The translations under genes were made by a program, and so were the position numbers. This document shows positions 44,311 to 53,447 of a stretch of DNA of 64,000 bases, in pieces. Below the pieces are notes generated by a model, which was not told where the DNA came from, did no database searches, and was given only the letters and a program-made list of their open reading frames with translations. The stretch comes from a virus, in IMG/VR virus record IMGVR_UViG_3300046093_000295. The stretch is one strand, 5' to 3'. Each line of letters starts with the position of its first letter. The first letter of the stretch is position 1.

Positions 44311-44790
44311 ATGCAAAACATCATCACATCCCTCGAATCCTTCTTTGCTTCATCTGATAAAGCTGAAGCTGATCGCAACGTAATTTGGGCAAAAGAACGC
44401 ATCACTGCTATTAAAGAATTTAAAAATTCTGAAGAAGCCAAAGAACTTTTGAAGAAGGGCGCATTTGGCGGCTTTTACCCAGCATTGTTTGCTGTTGCTG
44501 GCGGAAAAACTTGGTACAACGTTTTCGACGGCCGTTCGTTTGCGGTAATCGAAGAATTTGTTCGCAAGAATTCTGCTGCTAAAGCTGATAAGCGAAATGT
44601 GATGATTGCAAAGAAACTTCTAAAAGCTGGCATCCAAGCAGTGGAATCTGCTGAAGTTCGGTACAGTCACGATGGTTTTACAGGAACCTTTAAGGTCAAT
44701 GATCGTTGGGTTACCATTCAAGTTATCTTGGCAGGCGGGTACAACATTCAGTGCTTGCACAATCGAGTGCTCGTGAACATTTCTAAATAA
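44311..44790 (+). CDS. hypothetical protein
   Basis: Start reassigned downstream of TATAAT. Confidence 0.7.
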   Translation: MQNIITSLESFFASSDKAEADRNVIWAKERITAIKEFKNSEEAKELLKKGAFGGFYPALFAVAGGKTWYNVFDGRSFAVIEEFVRKNSAAKADKRNVMIAKKLLKAGIQAVESAEVRYSHDGFTGTFKVNDRWVTIQVILAGGYNIQCLHNRVLVNISK

Positions 44791-44804
44791 TTTGATAGGG
44801 CAAT

Positions 44805-45170
44805 ATGGCTAAACTTGGTATCCTGATTCTTGCTGCTAAAGCCGTTGGCATCCCCCATGTTGATTACGCTGGTTCAGGCTATGACGGTGAAGTCGGACTG
44901 GAGATGATCGACTCCATTGGTTTTGGGGCTGGAATGTGGGATCCGTTGACTGACTCTGATGATGCGTTTCAACTTGCCGCTGACCTCCAAATTTCCGTCC
45001 GTCATTTTCCGGCATGCGTCGAAGTCGAATACCCAAAGATTGGGCTGCCGGTAGAATTGATTGGCGCCCCACCATTATTCGGTGATGTCTCTTCGGGACA
45101 GTCGAGGGCGAGCGTGGCTCGCATGTTGATAGTGCAAGCAGCAGCAAATCTGGGCAAGTACAAGGGGTAA
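44805..45170 (+). CDS. hypothetical protein (NPL.DD.DA..LA family; paralogues at 55464 and 59138)
   Basis: WDPLTDSDDAFQLAADL...ARMLIVQAAA. Confidence 0.65.
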   Translation: MAKLGILILAAKAVGIPHVDYAGSGYDGEVGLEMIDSIGFGAGMWDPLTDSDDAFQLAADLQISVRHFPACVEVEYPKIGLPVELIGAPPLFGDVSSGQSRASVARMLIVQAAANLGKYKG

Positions 45171-45240
45171 ATTTTCTGATGACTGCGGGGTTGCTATCAA
45201 CAAACACAAATGTTCTTATCTTGACTAGGGAAACAAACAA

Positions 45241-45495
45241 ATGAGCGGCGGACACTTTAACTATGACCAGTATCACATCCGGAATGTCATTGATGCGTTG
45301 GAATCTCACTTGAACGGAACGGAACCGTTCTATACCGAATATAGCCAAGAAACCCTGGATGAGTTCAAGAAGGGGTTGGTTGCTTTGAAGAAGGCCTATG
45401 TCTATGTTCATCGGATTGACTATCTGCTAAGCGCAGATGATGGTGAATCGACGTTCCATGAACGTCTGAAGGAAGAGCTTGATGCTATTAGGTGA
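45241..45495 (+). CDS. hypothetical protein
   Basis: MSGGHFNY N-terminus. Confidence 0.7.
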   Translation: MSGGHFNYDQYHIRNVIDALESHLNGTEPFYTEYSQETLDEFKKGLVALKKAYVYVHRIDYLLSADDGESTFHERLKEELDAIR

Positions 45496-45525
45496 TTCTT
45501 GAGGTAATCGAACAATTTCTCACCG

Positions 45526-45595
45526 CTTCGGTTCTTGAAATCGAAGTTCAGTCACGTCTGGCATACACTAATAACAAGTCTTTACTTTTATTCAA
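45526..45595 (+). repeat. 70-bp direct repeat (stem-loop plus promoter -35); second copy 46942-47011
   Basis: Near-identical copies read by eye. Confidence 0.9.
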
Positions 45596-45643
45596 CGTTG
45601 CGGTATACTTAATTATAAACCGCTGAACTGAAGGAAATATATT
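45581..45643 (+). promoter_or_regulatory. repeated sigma70 promoter+RBS cassette (also at 46997, 47468, 47665, 47820)
   Basis: TTTACT-N17-TATACT followed by CGCTGAAC..AGGAAA leader in four copies; the 46997 copy is TGTACT-N17-TATAAT without that leader. Confidence 0.85.
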
Positions 45644-45865
45644 ATGGCGATGATGGTGACCCCTCTGATCAAAACGATCAACACCTATTCAATGAACTTC
45701 TCAGAGAAATCTCAACCTGAGCAGAATCATCTTGTCTGGACTATTCTCTTTTCCTTCCCTAGATCCGACGTTTATGACTTTATCAATGATCATAAAGATG
45801 GCTGGTTAGGCGACGCAGGTCTTCTCGCCCGTAAACTTTCATTGGATATTCAGAGTCAGGTATGA
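45644..45865 (+). CDS. hypothetical protein; paralogue of the C-terminus of 63237-63593
   Basis: VWTILFSF.RSDV..FIN..KDGW.GDAGLLARKLSL.IQSQ shared. Confidence 0.7.
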   Translation: MAMMVTPLIKTINTYSMNFSEKSQPEQNHLVWTILFSFPRSDVYDFINDHKDGWLGDAGLLARKLSLDIQSQV

Positions 45866-45931
45866 TGTAAATGATGAAGTTCAAAGAACTTAAACACTTT
45901 ATAATTTTCTTTTAAGACCACGGACTCCGGC

Positions 45932-46939
45932 ATGACTTACGACAAAAAATGTCAGTATATTAAAGAATTGGTTCTGTTTACGTGCAATAATTCCAAGCCG
46001 TATACCCAGAAAATGCTTTCCAAAGCAACTAACATTCCTTTGGATTTTGTTAGCTCTTGGCTCAATGTCCTTCCAAGTCTTCCTGTTAAAATAATTCGTT
46101 CGCCTTCTGGTCGTTTCATTCGGGCAAAAGTTGATAAGTTCTCAACTTCTATTTTCTATTCTGATGGATATTGCATCATTCATAGGGGCGTTTTGGTCCA
46201 CGGTGATATTTCCCGCTCACGCAAGTATCTTGGAAGTGATGGTCGGTTTCGAGATGCTCGCGAAAAACTGCCAGATTTGGCTCGGAAAGAAGGGTTGATT
46301 TTCGTATCCCACGATTTTACTCCTATGCAATGGGTAGAGATTTCTTTAAAAGCCATGGGCCAAATTATCGAAGATCAAGATTTGCTAATGGCTGCAACTC
46401 CAGAGGAATCTCTGGCTTTGTATCCACTTGTGCTAAAGCAGTATGAAATATTGGAAAAGCGTAAGATTGAACTAGAGGAACAGATCGAAGCCGAGCACTT
46501 AAAAAATACAAATGCAAAAGCATGGTTTGACGCAGAAACCCAAAAAGCAAAACGGGGCGAACGTGTCCGCTCAGTCATGCATTATGATCGCACTAAAATT
46601 GTCGGGTATGTGGGAGGAATGCGCCATACTTATAAGGACTCCGAATGGAATGGTGGCAACACGATAACTGAATATTCTGATCGTGAACCGCAATATGAGA
46701 CGTTTTACACAGATGAACCAGATTACCCAAAAGAACCGATTTATTTTAATGATGCACAGTATTCAAACCCTTCTATAATTGCCGACATACATCGACAGAT
46801 GTCGGAATTGTTGGCGTTTCCGATAAAGTATGAGAAGCTACTGTCTGATCAACAGGATAAAATCAAAAAGCTTAAAGAGCTTGAGGCACAAGAGCAAGAA
46901 CTTAAAGATCGCATTGCGCGGCTTCGCTCTTCAATTTGA
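45932..46939 (+). CDS. hypothetical protein
   Basis: 335-aa ORF inside the repeat-bounded unit. Confidence 0.7.
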   Translation: MTYDKKCQYIKELVLFTCNNSKPYTQKMLSKATNIPLDFVSSWLNVLPSLPVKIIRSPSGRFIRAKVDKFSTSIFYSDGYCIIHRGVLVHGDISRSRKYLGSDGRFRDAREKLPDLARKEGLIFVSHDFTPMQWVEISLKAMGQIIEDQDLLMAATPEESLALYPLVLKQYEILEKRKIELEEQIEAEHLKNTNAKAWFDAETQKAKRGERVRSVMHYDRTKIVGYVGGMRHTYKDSEWNGGNTITEYSDREPQYETFYTDEPDYPKEPIYFNDAQYSNPSIIADIHRQMSELLAFPIKYEKLLSDQQDKIKKLKELEAQEQELKDRIARLRSSI

Positions 46940-47084
46940 CACTTCGGTTCTTGAAATCGAAGTTCAGTCACGTCTGTCATAGACAAATAACAAGTCTGTA
47001 CTTTTATTCAAGTGTAGGGTATAATTGAGATTTGGAACGGGGAAGTTTTAATTCTCTGAATTTTAACGGTACTGGAAATACATT

Positions 47085-47465
47085 ATGAAAAAGTTCACCC
47101 AGAAAGAGTTTGATGCCCTGCCTATGGGCATCAGCGGTTGGCGTCAGTGCCCCACTGGAGATTATTCCGAGGTGCGCAACTTCGGCGACGAATGCGACTT
47201 CGGAAGCCACTCTACTTTCGGAAGCCACTCTACTTTCGGAAGCCACTCTACTTTCGGAAGCCACTCTACTTTCGGCAACTTCTGTACCTTCGATAGCAAT
47301 TGCATCTTCGGCAAACACTGCACCTTCGGAAGTAATTGCATCTTCAGCAGCCACTGCGAGTTCGGCAACTACTGCAGCTTCGATAGCTACTGCAACTTTG
47401 GCAACTACTGTACCTTCGGCAGCGAATGTGAGTTCATCAAAAATTGCAGCTTCGGTAAAGTTTGA
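47085..47465 (+). CDS. hexapeptide (FGxxCx) repeat protein, predicted beta-helix
   Basis: About 15 FGxxC/S repeats. Confidence 0.75.
   Translation: MKKFTQKEFDALPMGISGWRQCPTGDYSEVRNFGDECDFGSHSTFGSHSTFGSHSTFGSHSTFGNFCTFDSNCIFGKHCTFGSNCIFSSHCEFGNYCSFDSYCNFGNYCTFGSECEFIKNCSFGKV
47199..47270 (+). repeat. tandem repeat TTCGGAAGCCACTCTACT x4
   Basis: Four exact in-frame 18-nt copies. Confidence 0.95.
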
Positions 47466-47530
47466 TCTTTACTTTTATTCAACGTTGCGGTATACTTAAT
47501 ATAATGAAACGCTGAACTGAAGGAAACAAA

Positions 47531-47641
47531 ATGAAATTCGTAGTTTACCGAAATTTCCAGTCTTACGATGACACCTTCTGGGATAACGAAGAAAGCGGTT
47601 CGCCATTTCGTGACGTGTTCTACTCAGTAGGGGAAGAATGA
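47531..47641 (+). CDS. 36-aa peptide behind its own promoter cassette
   Basis: Promoter and RBS cassette directly upstream. Confidence 0.5.
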   Translation: MKFVVYRNFQSYDDTFWDNEESGSPFRDVFYSVGEE

Positions 47642-47727
47642 ATGTCAGTAAAGACGTGCCGGTCTTTACTTTTATTCAACTCCGCGGTATACTTAATTTA
47701 TAAAACGCTGAACCAAGGAAATATATT

Positions 47728-47799
47728 ATGATTGCTGATACCTGTCGTCTGTTGTTTGCCATCTTGATCATAGTTGTCATTGTGGATTTGTTCATTTGA
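47728..47799 (+). CDS. 23-aa hydrophobic peptide behind its own promoter cassette
   Basis: MIADTCRLLFAILIIVVIVDLFI. Confidence 0.5.
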   Translation: MIADTCRLLFAILIIVVIVDLFI

Positions 47800-47881
47800 A
47801 ATCGTAAACTTCGGTACCGTTTACTTTTATTCAACTCCGCGGTATGCTTAATTATAAAACGCTGAACCAAGGAAATATATC

Positions 47882-48193
47882 ATGACACACAAAAAGGCAC
47901 TCTGCGTAGCCTTCCCTGACATTGACTTCCAGCGACATATCGAAAACGCATTTTCGACCCTGGTCAAGGATGAAGATTTTCTGAATGCAGAAACCGATAA
48001 TCAGAAGGAAGCCATCGTTATTTTGTCTGCTGCTTTTGCCAAGGCTTCATCTTGGCTTCGGTGGTCGGGATCAGACGCTGATCATGCGGATTACCTCCGT
48101 CAGTACATGTATGTCGGCGATAAGCCACATATTCTTGAATGGGACGTTCAGTTCTGCTACGATCCATTCGCTAAAGAAGTTTACTCATACTAA
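47882..48193 (+). CDS. hypothetical protein
   Basis: Cassette promoter and RBS upstream. Confidence 0.7.
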   Translation: MTHKKALCVAFPDIDFQRHIENAFSTLVKDEDFLNAETDNQKEAIVILSAAFAKASSWLRWSGSDADHADYLRQYMYVGDKPHILEWDVQFCYDPFAKEVYSY

Positions 48194-48214
48194 GCAAAAC
48201 TAGGGAACTAAATC

Positions 48215-48589
48215 ATGAAAACCGTTAAAGTTTCAGAAGCGAGTGGGACCGTTCTGGACTGGCTGGTAGCGAAGTGTGAAGAGCACCCGTCCCGGTGCCC
48301 TTGGATGCTTGAGCAAGAAGGCTTTATAGAGTGGCAAGCCTACGAGCATGCTTGGGGCAACCCTCTGCCAAGCTACTCAACCGACTGGGCAAGAGGTGGG
48401 CAAATTATTGAACGAGAGCGGTTAAACCTGCGTGCATCCGGTGCGGGTAACTGGGTCTCAATGACTCACGACGTACAGCACCCAGCCCGCATTGTTCAGT
48501 ACGGAGAAACCCCTCTCCTTGCAGCCCTCCGCTGCTACGTAGTAAGCAAACTTGGCGAAAAAGTAAAAGTTCCAGATGAATTAATTTAA
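48215..48589 (+). CDS. DUF2591/NinX-like phage protein
   Basis: G..LDWLVAKC, YSTDW..GG.IIERE, G.TPL.AA.R..V.S.LG. Confidence 0.7.
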   Translation: MKTVKVSEASGTVLDWLVAKCEEHPSRCPWMLEQEGFIEWQAYEHAWGNPLPSYSTDWARGGQIIERERLNLRASGAGNWVSMTHDVQHPARIVQYGETPLLAALRCYVVSKLGEKVKVPDELI

Positions 48590-48626
48590 CTGACATCAAG
48601 AAAAATGACTAAAACAGGAAGCTAAG

Positions 48627-49280
48627 ATGCTAAAAGCAATTATTTCGATATTCTTCGGGCTTATCTATTCCCAGGCTCAAGCATCATGCCCCGACCTATA
48701 TCCAAATGGTACCCCAGTTACTGTCCCATCAGCGACAGAACTATGCAATCTGTTCTATGTGGTCCTGTATGATCAAAAGAACAACCATCCGATCCTTAGT
48801 TCTGAAAAACTGAAGAGCAATGTTGCTGTTGGGTCTACGGTTCGCAGCGGAAATTTTCGAGTTGATCGTAGGTTATTGGTCAATCATTCACCGTCAATGT
48901 ATATCAACAGCGGATTTGATCGAGGCCATTTAGCTGCTGCTGATAATGCGTCAAATCCGCAGGAGGCGCTTGAAACCTACTGGATGAGCAACGTAACTCC
49001 TCAAAATCCAAAGCTGAACAGGGGCGCATGGAAGGCATTGGAAACTCGTATACGAACCCGCTGGCAGAAGTCTGGTGCTGACCTATGGATCGTCACTATC
49101 CCCGTTTACGGGGCTTTCCCGTTGTTTCTAGCAAGTAAAATTCCGATTCCTTCAGGATACTGGAAAGTGGTCATCGACGAGAAAACAACTACTTTTTACT
49201 ATGCCGATAATTCTGAGACTGCTTCGATTGAGAACGTTCGATATTTTGACTGGGTTTCTTATGTGAATAGGACAAATTAG
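48627..49280 (+). CDS. DNA/RNA non-specific endonuclease (NucA/EndoG family) with signal peptide
   Basis: DRGH, N.TPQ...LN...W..LE, IP..YWKV; N-terminal hydrophobic stretch ending AQA. Confidence 0.88.
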   Translation: MLKAIISIFFGLIYSQAQASCPDLYPNGTPVTVPSATELCNLFYVVLYDQKNNHPILSSEKLKSNVAVGSTVRSGNFRVDRRLLVNHSPSMYINSGFDRGHLAAADNASNPQEALETYWMSNVTPQNPKLNRGAWKALETRIRTRWQKSGADLWIVTIPVYGAFPLFLASKIPIPSGYWKVVIDEKTTTFYYADNSETASIENVRYFDWVSYVNRTN

Positions 49281-49289
49281 TTGATTTTT

Positions 49290-49325
49290 GCGGTATAATT
49301 TTACCATCAACTCAAGGAATCTAAA
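49290..49325 (+). promoter_or_regulatory. second promoter+RBS cassette family (also ~50117, 51060, 51490, 53411)
   Basis: G(C/T)G(G/A)TATAAT..CCATCAA..AAGGA repeated; 49290 and 50117 nearly identical. Confidence 0.7.
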
Positions 49326-50108
49326 ATGACCACTCTGCTCGCAGTTAAAGAATTTCTGGAAAATGTTCAAGCAACGGACCCAAATTTTGAATTCGTAAAT
49401 GCATTCAACAATCCACATTCGTGGCGAGGCGAATATAGCGAGATTGCATTTCAATCAGCTTACCTCTTGACTTCCGCTGACATGCTGGAATGCGTTGACA
49501 GAGCCATCACAGAAAAATTTTATGGGTGGAAAGGTGGCGAGTATAACTACTGCTTGGATAAACATTGCCACATCGAAGCTGGTGGACCCGGTTGCTATAC
49601 GGAAACAGCACTAAGAGATTTCGCCGAACGGCTTGAAGCAATGAAGGAAGAATGGGCCGAATACATTGCTTCCGGAGTTGTTGTGACCGAAGACGCACCA
49701 AAGAAACCTAAAAAGCGTAAAACCAAGGCAGAAAAGCAAGCAGAAATTGAGCAGTTTCGGAAAGAGGAAAAGGAAAAGCAGCTTGCTGAGTTTAAGGCAA
49801 ATTATCAAACAAAGCTGCTTCAACTTTTGGCAAAATATACAAGTCTTACTTGGGTTGTAAAATCAAATGGGAAATCATTTGATCTTCTTTGCGGCAATTC
49901 TGATATTCTTATTGATTTTCCGATTATCTTGCCTGATGAGTTGACTGTTCGGGAAGCTGAGAAAATTCTCGAAAGTATGGATGATTTGGATTACGAATGC
50001 AATCGAGAGTTGGCGAGAGTTGAAGAAGAGCGTCAGCGAGCTGAAAAGAAATTAGTTGCGCTGAACAAATTGTCCAAAGAAGAGAGAGAAATTCTCGGCT
50101 TGATGTAG
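49326..50108 (+). CDS. hypothetical protein
   Basis: PHSWRGEY motif; promoter cassette upstream. Confidence 0.7.
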   Translation: MTTLLAVKEFLENVQATDPNFEFVNAFNNPHSWRGEYSEIAFQSAYLLTSADMLECVDRAITEKFYGWKGGEYNYCLDKHCHIEAGGPGCYTETALRDFAERLEAMKEEWAEYIASGVVVTEDAPKKPKKRKTKAEKQAEIEQFRKEEKEKQLAEFKANYQTKLLQLLAKYTSLTWVVKSNGKSFDLLCGNSDILIDFPIILPDELTVREAEKILESMDDLDYECNRELARVEEERQRAEKKLVALNKLSKEEREILGLM

Positions 50109-50151
50109 ACTTTTGTGCGGTATAATTCGCCATCAACTCAAGGAATCTAAA

Positions 50152-50502
50152 ATGACTATCCAACAAAAAGTAGAAGACTTTCTAAAAACAAATAAAACCA
50201 CTTTGAATAAATTCTTCCATGGTTATCCTGATGGCGACATCAATGCCATTCTGATGCTCAAATCCGGCTTAGAGCAAAAGATCGTCGATTTTTGTGGCGG
50301 CGAAGACCAAGGTACAGAATTCTGGAGCGTATACAAGTTCACTGATAGTGAAACTGATGAGTCATGCTTTGTGAAATTTGATGGAGTATACTACTCATAC
50401 GACGGCGCAACTTTTGAACGCTGGTACTTTGTTGAAGCTCGCGAAGTAGTAGTCACCCAATACCATGAGGATTTTCGGAATAGTCCTCAGAAAACCGCAT
50501 AA
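50152..50502 (+). CDS. hypothetical protein
   Basis: Start reassigned by RBS. Confidence 0.7.
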   Translation: MTIQQKVEDFLKTNKTTLNKFFHGYPDGDINAILMLKSGLEQKIVDFCGGEDQGTEFWSVYKFTDSETDESCFVKFDGVYYSYDGATFERWYFVEAREVVVTQYHEDFRNSPQKTA

Positions 50503-50505
50503 ATC

Positions 50506-51042
50506 ATGAAAATTAAACTTAATCCAAAATCTGTTGCATTTGAAACGCTGAAGGGTAAGTCTTTCAGCTCAGTCATGAGTGACCATTACACCATAACCTT
50601 CATCTGTGATGATGGTACAAAATTCAAACTAGACCATGTTCAGGATTGCTGCGAGGAAGTTTACATCGAATCCATTGTCGGCGATCTTGAAGACTTAGTA
50701 GGTTCAGAAATTCTCTTCGCAGAAGAAAGCATCAACGATACCGAAACTGATGATGGGGATCAGCGATGGACTTTCTACAAACTCGCAACGGTTAAGGGTT
50801 GGGTCGATATTCGATTCTATGGTTCCAGCAACGGATACTATTCGGTGGCTGTCTCTCTGAGGGTCGAAAAGATAGTCGATACTGACGATTTCGTTATAAT
50901 TGATGAGAGAGAAACTCGTTGGCTCGCAGGAAATTCCGATGGTGATGATCTTTGGATTGACAAGAACGGTCACGCCACATCCAACGGCGGATCGCTGAGC
51001 GTGATTGATGGGAAAGTTATTTTCCGTGCACCACCAAATTGA
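50506..51042 (+). CDS. hypothetical protein
   Basis: H.QDCCE.V...G.SNGYYS conserved phage pattern. Confidence 0.7.
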   Translation: MKIKLNPKSVAFETLKGKSFSSVMSDHYTITFICDDGTKFKLDHVQDCCEEVYIESIVGDLEDLVGSEILFAEESINDTETDDGDQRWTFYKLATVKGWVDIRFYGSSNGYYSVAVSLRVEKIVDTDDFVIIDERETRWLAGNSDGDDLWIDKNGHATSNGGSLSVIDGKVIFRAPPN

Positions 51043-51092
51043 CTTTAGTTGAGTTTTCGTGATACAAAAGACCCCATCAAACAAAGGACATT

Positions 51093-51446
51093 ATGGCAAC
51101 GATCACAATTCCAGCAGCCAAAGTCATCGAAGCTGCCAACACATCTATTCAGAATTTACGGGATGACATTGATCGTCTTGAGGCAGAGAAAGAGGAAGAA
51201 ATCTCAGGTATCCTTGCTCGCAACAAAGTCTTTTGTCGGACCAAAACATTCCCTTGGATTGGAAGAAGAGCGGCAAAGAAGAACGAAATTGATTGGGAGC
51301 GGCGGCTTGGTTGCTCCTACGTAAACTTCTATATTAGGACCAAAGGGGAACGACTACTGGCGGTAAAGAAACTACTTCTCGTTGCTCAGCATGGCGATCC
51401 AGTGACTCTCAATGAAAATGATGTTTCTATTTTGTTTCGGGATTGA
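51093..51446 (+). CDS. hypothetical protein
   Basis: AAGGA RBS. Confidence 0.65.
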   Translation: MATITIPAAKVIEAANTSIQNLRDDIDRLEAEKEEEISGILARNKVFCRTKTFPWIGRRAAKKNEIDWERRLGCSYVNFYIRTKGERLLAVKKLLLVAQHGDPVTLNENDVSILFRD

Positions 51447-51524
51447 CCGTAAAGGTGATGAACAAATGTTCTCCATATTGATTTTCTGTGATATAATTAT
51501 CACCATCAAAACAAAGGATACACA

Positions 51525-51983
51525 ATGAAACTCTTCCCTAATGGACAACTTGTCAAGATCGTAAACACTTCAGCTAGTTTGGACGGTACATTATGTGTCG
51601 TGGTTGGCATTTCGCTTCCAGACTGGAAATACCCCGTATACTTCATCAAGAAACAGAATGGTGAACCATGGCTCAATGGATACTCGGTAATGGAACTTAC
51701 GGCGGCTTGTCTGACCGACGACGGTAAAATCTTTGAGACGCAAGCTGAATGTGAGAAATATGAAACCAAGACTGACTCTTCCGATGAATGGATTCTCAAT
51801 ACTCAAACATTGCCTCTGGCCCCATCTACATTGAGCGAAGAAGATATAATCGAAGTCGTGCTGTCTAATGGGCATATTCACAAAGCCCAATCGCTGGCGT
51901 GGGATGCCTCTTGGAACGTCAATGACTCATATCGACACATTGTAAAATATCGCAAAGTCACTAACTGCCAATCAAAGGATTGA
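51525..51983 (+). CDS. hypothetical protein
   Basis: Cassette promoter upstream. Confidence 0.65.
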   Translation: MKLFPNGQLVKIVNTSASLDGTLCVVVGISLPDWKYPVYFIKKQNGEPWLNGYSVMELTAACLTDDGKIFETQAECEKYETKTDSSDEWILNTQTLPLAPSTLSEEDIIEVVLSNGHIHKAQSLAWDASWNVNDSYRHIVKYRKVTNCQSKD

Positions 51984-51993
51984 AAATGATCAC
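51935..51993 (+). repeat. 59-bp direct repeat; second copy 52347-52405
   Basis: Three mismatches by eye; includes RBS and start codon. Confidence 0.85.
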
Positions 51994-52330
51994 AGCAAAA
52001 GAAGCCCGTGAGATGGTTGAGCAAAGTGATGCCACCGTTAAAAAACGATTGGAATGTGTTGACAAATTGGTTAGATCAGAGGCCACTTTGGGTAAGCGTG
52101 AAGTATTGTTAAATCACTATCTCTACCTCTCAGACTGGGTGAAGGTTGATAAGAGACCATACCGCGACCCTGAATTTACTCCTGTACAACGATTGCTCAA
52201 GGTTGAACTTGAGAAGTTGGGATTCACTGTGGATATTCACGGATACCCGATCACTATCGGCGGTGGGCTTGGTAGCGTGGACGACAAGCCCTGTGAAGGA
52301 ACTGGCTATGCTATCAGAGTGAGGTGGTAA
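51986..52330 (+). CDS. hypothetical protein
   Basis: ORF bracketed by the 59-bp repeats. Confidence 0.65.
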   Translation: MITAKEAREMVEQSDATVKKRLECVDKLVRSEATLGKREVLLNHYLYLSDWVKVDKRPYRDPEFTPVQRLLKVELEKLGFTVDIHGYPITIGGGLGSVDDKPCEGTGYAIRVRW

Positions 52331-52397
52331 TATGAACGAACGAATTACACATTGTCAAATATCGCAAAGTCACTAACTGCCAATTATAGGATTGAAA

Positions 52398-52619
52398 ATG
52401 ATCACTATCAAAATGACCAACAAGTTTCTGAAGCTTAACGGTCGGAAACGTAAGAAGAAACTCAATCTGATGCTGCGATCCCTTTTAATGGGAGCAATTA
52501 CTCATGCGGGTATGGACTGTGGTCCGATCTCTCGGGATACCAAGCGACATTTTGTTCCATTTGCAAAAGCAGAAATCCACGGTAAGAATGTGAATCTTAC
52601 CTTCTTTGATGAAGAGTGA
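52398..52619 (+). CDS. hypothetical protein
   Basis: ORF. Confidence 0.55.
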   Translation: MITIKMTNKFLKLNGRKRKKKLNLMLRSLLMGAITHAGMDCGPISRDTKRHFVPFAKAEIHGKNVNLTFFDEE

Positions 52620-52625
52620 CATAGT

Positions 52626-52874
52626 ATGAACAAGAAAATTAAAGAAATTACCAAACGGGCTGGGTTTTACGAGCCCATGGGCTTGCCGAGCAATTGGGAT
52701 GAGGGCGACTACATCGCCAGTCCAAAGGACATCGGAAGGTTCGGAGAACTGCTGCTCAATGAAGTTCTTGCTATTATTGATGAAGTTGGGTATAAAGCAT
52801 CAAATAACATTTCTGCTGATGATACAGAACTGTTCAAGACTATGTTGAAACGACATTTTGGAATCGAAGAATGA
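52626..52874 (+). CDS. hypothetical protein
   Basis: ORF. Confidence 0.6.
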   Translation: MNKKIKEITKRAGFYEPMGLPSNWDEGDYIASPKDIGRFGELLLNEVLAIIDEVGYKASNNISADDTELFKTMLKRHFGIEE

Positions 52875-53143
52875 CATACGGACCAAGTATTCAAGGCAGA
52901 GCCAGCATCTGCACTTGGGATTTGCAATTCAGGTTCTACGACAAAAACCAATGCACCAAATTCATGGCGGCATTTATGGAACTTGAAGTATCCGGTGCTG
53001 ACAACATCAAGTATGAGGTAATTGCTGGTGACAGCTTTAAGCTCGATGAACACTGGATAACAATAGAAAGTGGAGTTTGGGCAAATAACCTGACAACTAT
53101 CGCCAAGCTGCTGGAAGATGTTGATTACAAAGAGACACCGTGA
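52871..53143 (+). CDS. hypothetical protein
   Basis: ORF. Confidence 0.6.
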   Translation: MTYGPSIQGRASICTWDLQFRFYDKNQCTKFMAAFMELEVSGADNIKYEVIAGDSFKLDEHWITIESGVWANNLTTIAKLLEDVDYKETP

Positions 53144-53355
53144 TGAACGAGCGAATTAGAGAGATCGCAAGAGAAGCAGGCATCAAAATGGCTCACGATG
53201 ATACGCTTGCACTGGGGTATCTGGACACAGCGCATAAAAAGTTCGCTGAGTTGATTGTTAAAGAATGTTTTGCTGCGGCTATGATAGAAGCCAAGGGGCA
53301 CATGAATCCAATTGATTTGATGAACCGTATGAAAGAACGTGTTGGTATCAACTAA
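53140..53355 (+). CDS. hypothetical protein
   Basis: MNERI.E.A...KFAELIVKEC pattern; related to 52626. Confidence 0.65.
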   Translation: MMNERIREIAREAGIKMAHDDTLALGYLDTAHKKFAELIVKECFAAAMIEAKGHMNPIDLMNRMKERVGIN

Positions 53356-53447
53356 GATCTTTTAGTGAGAATGCAATTTTTACCTTCTATGATGAAGAGT
53401 GTTGAATTTAGTGGTATAATTTGACCATCAACAAAAGGATATTCATC

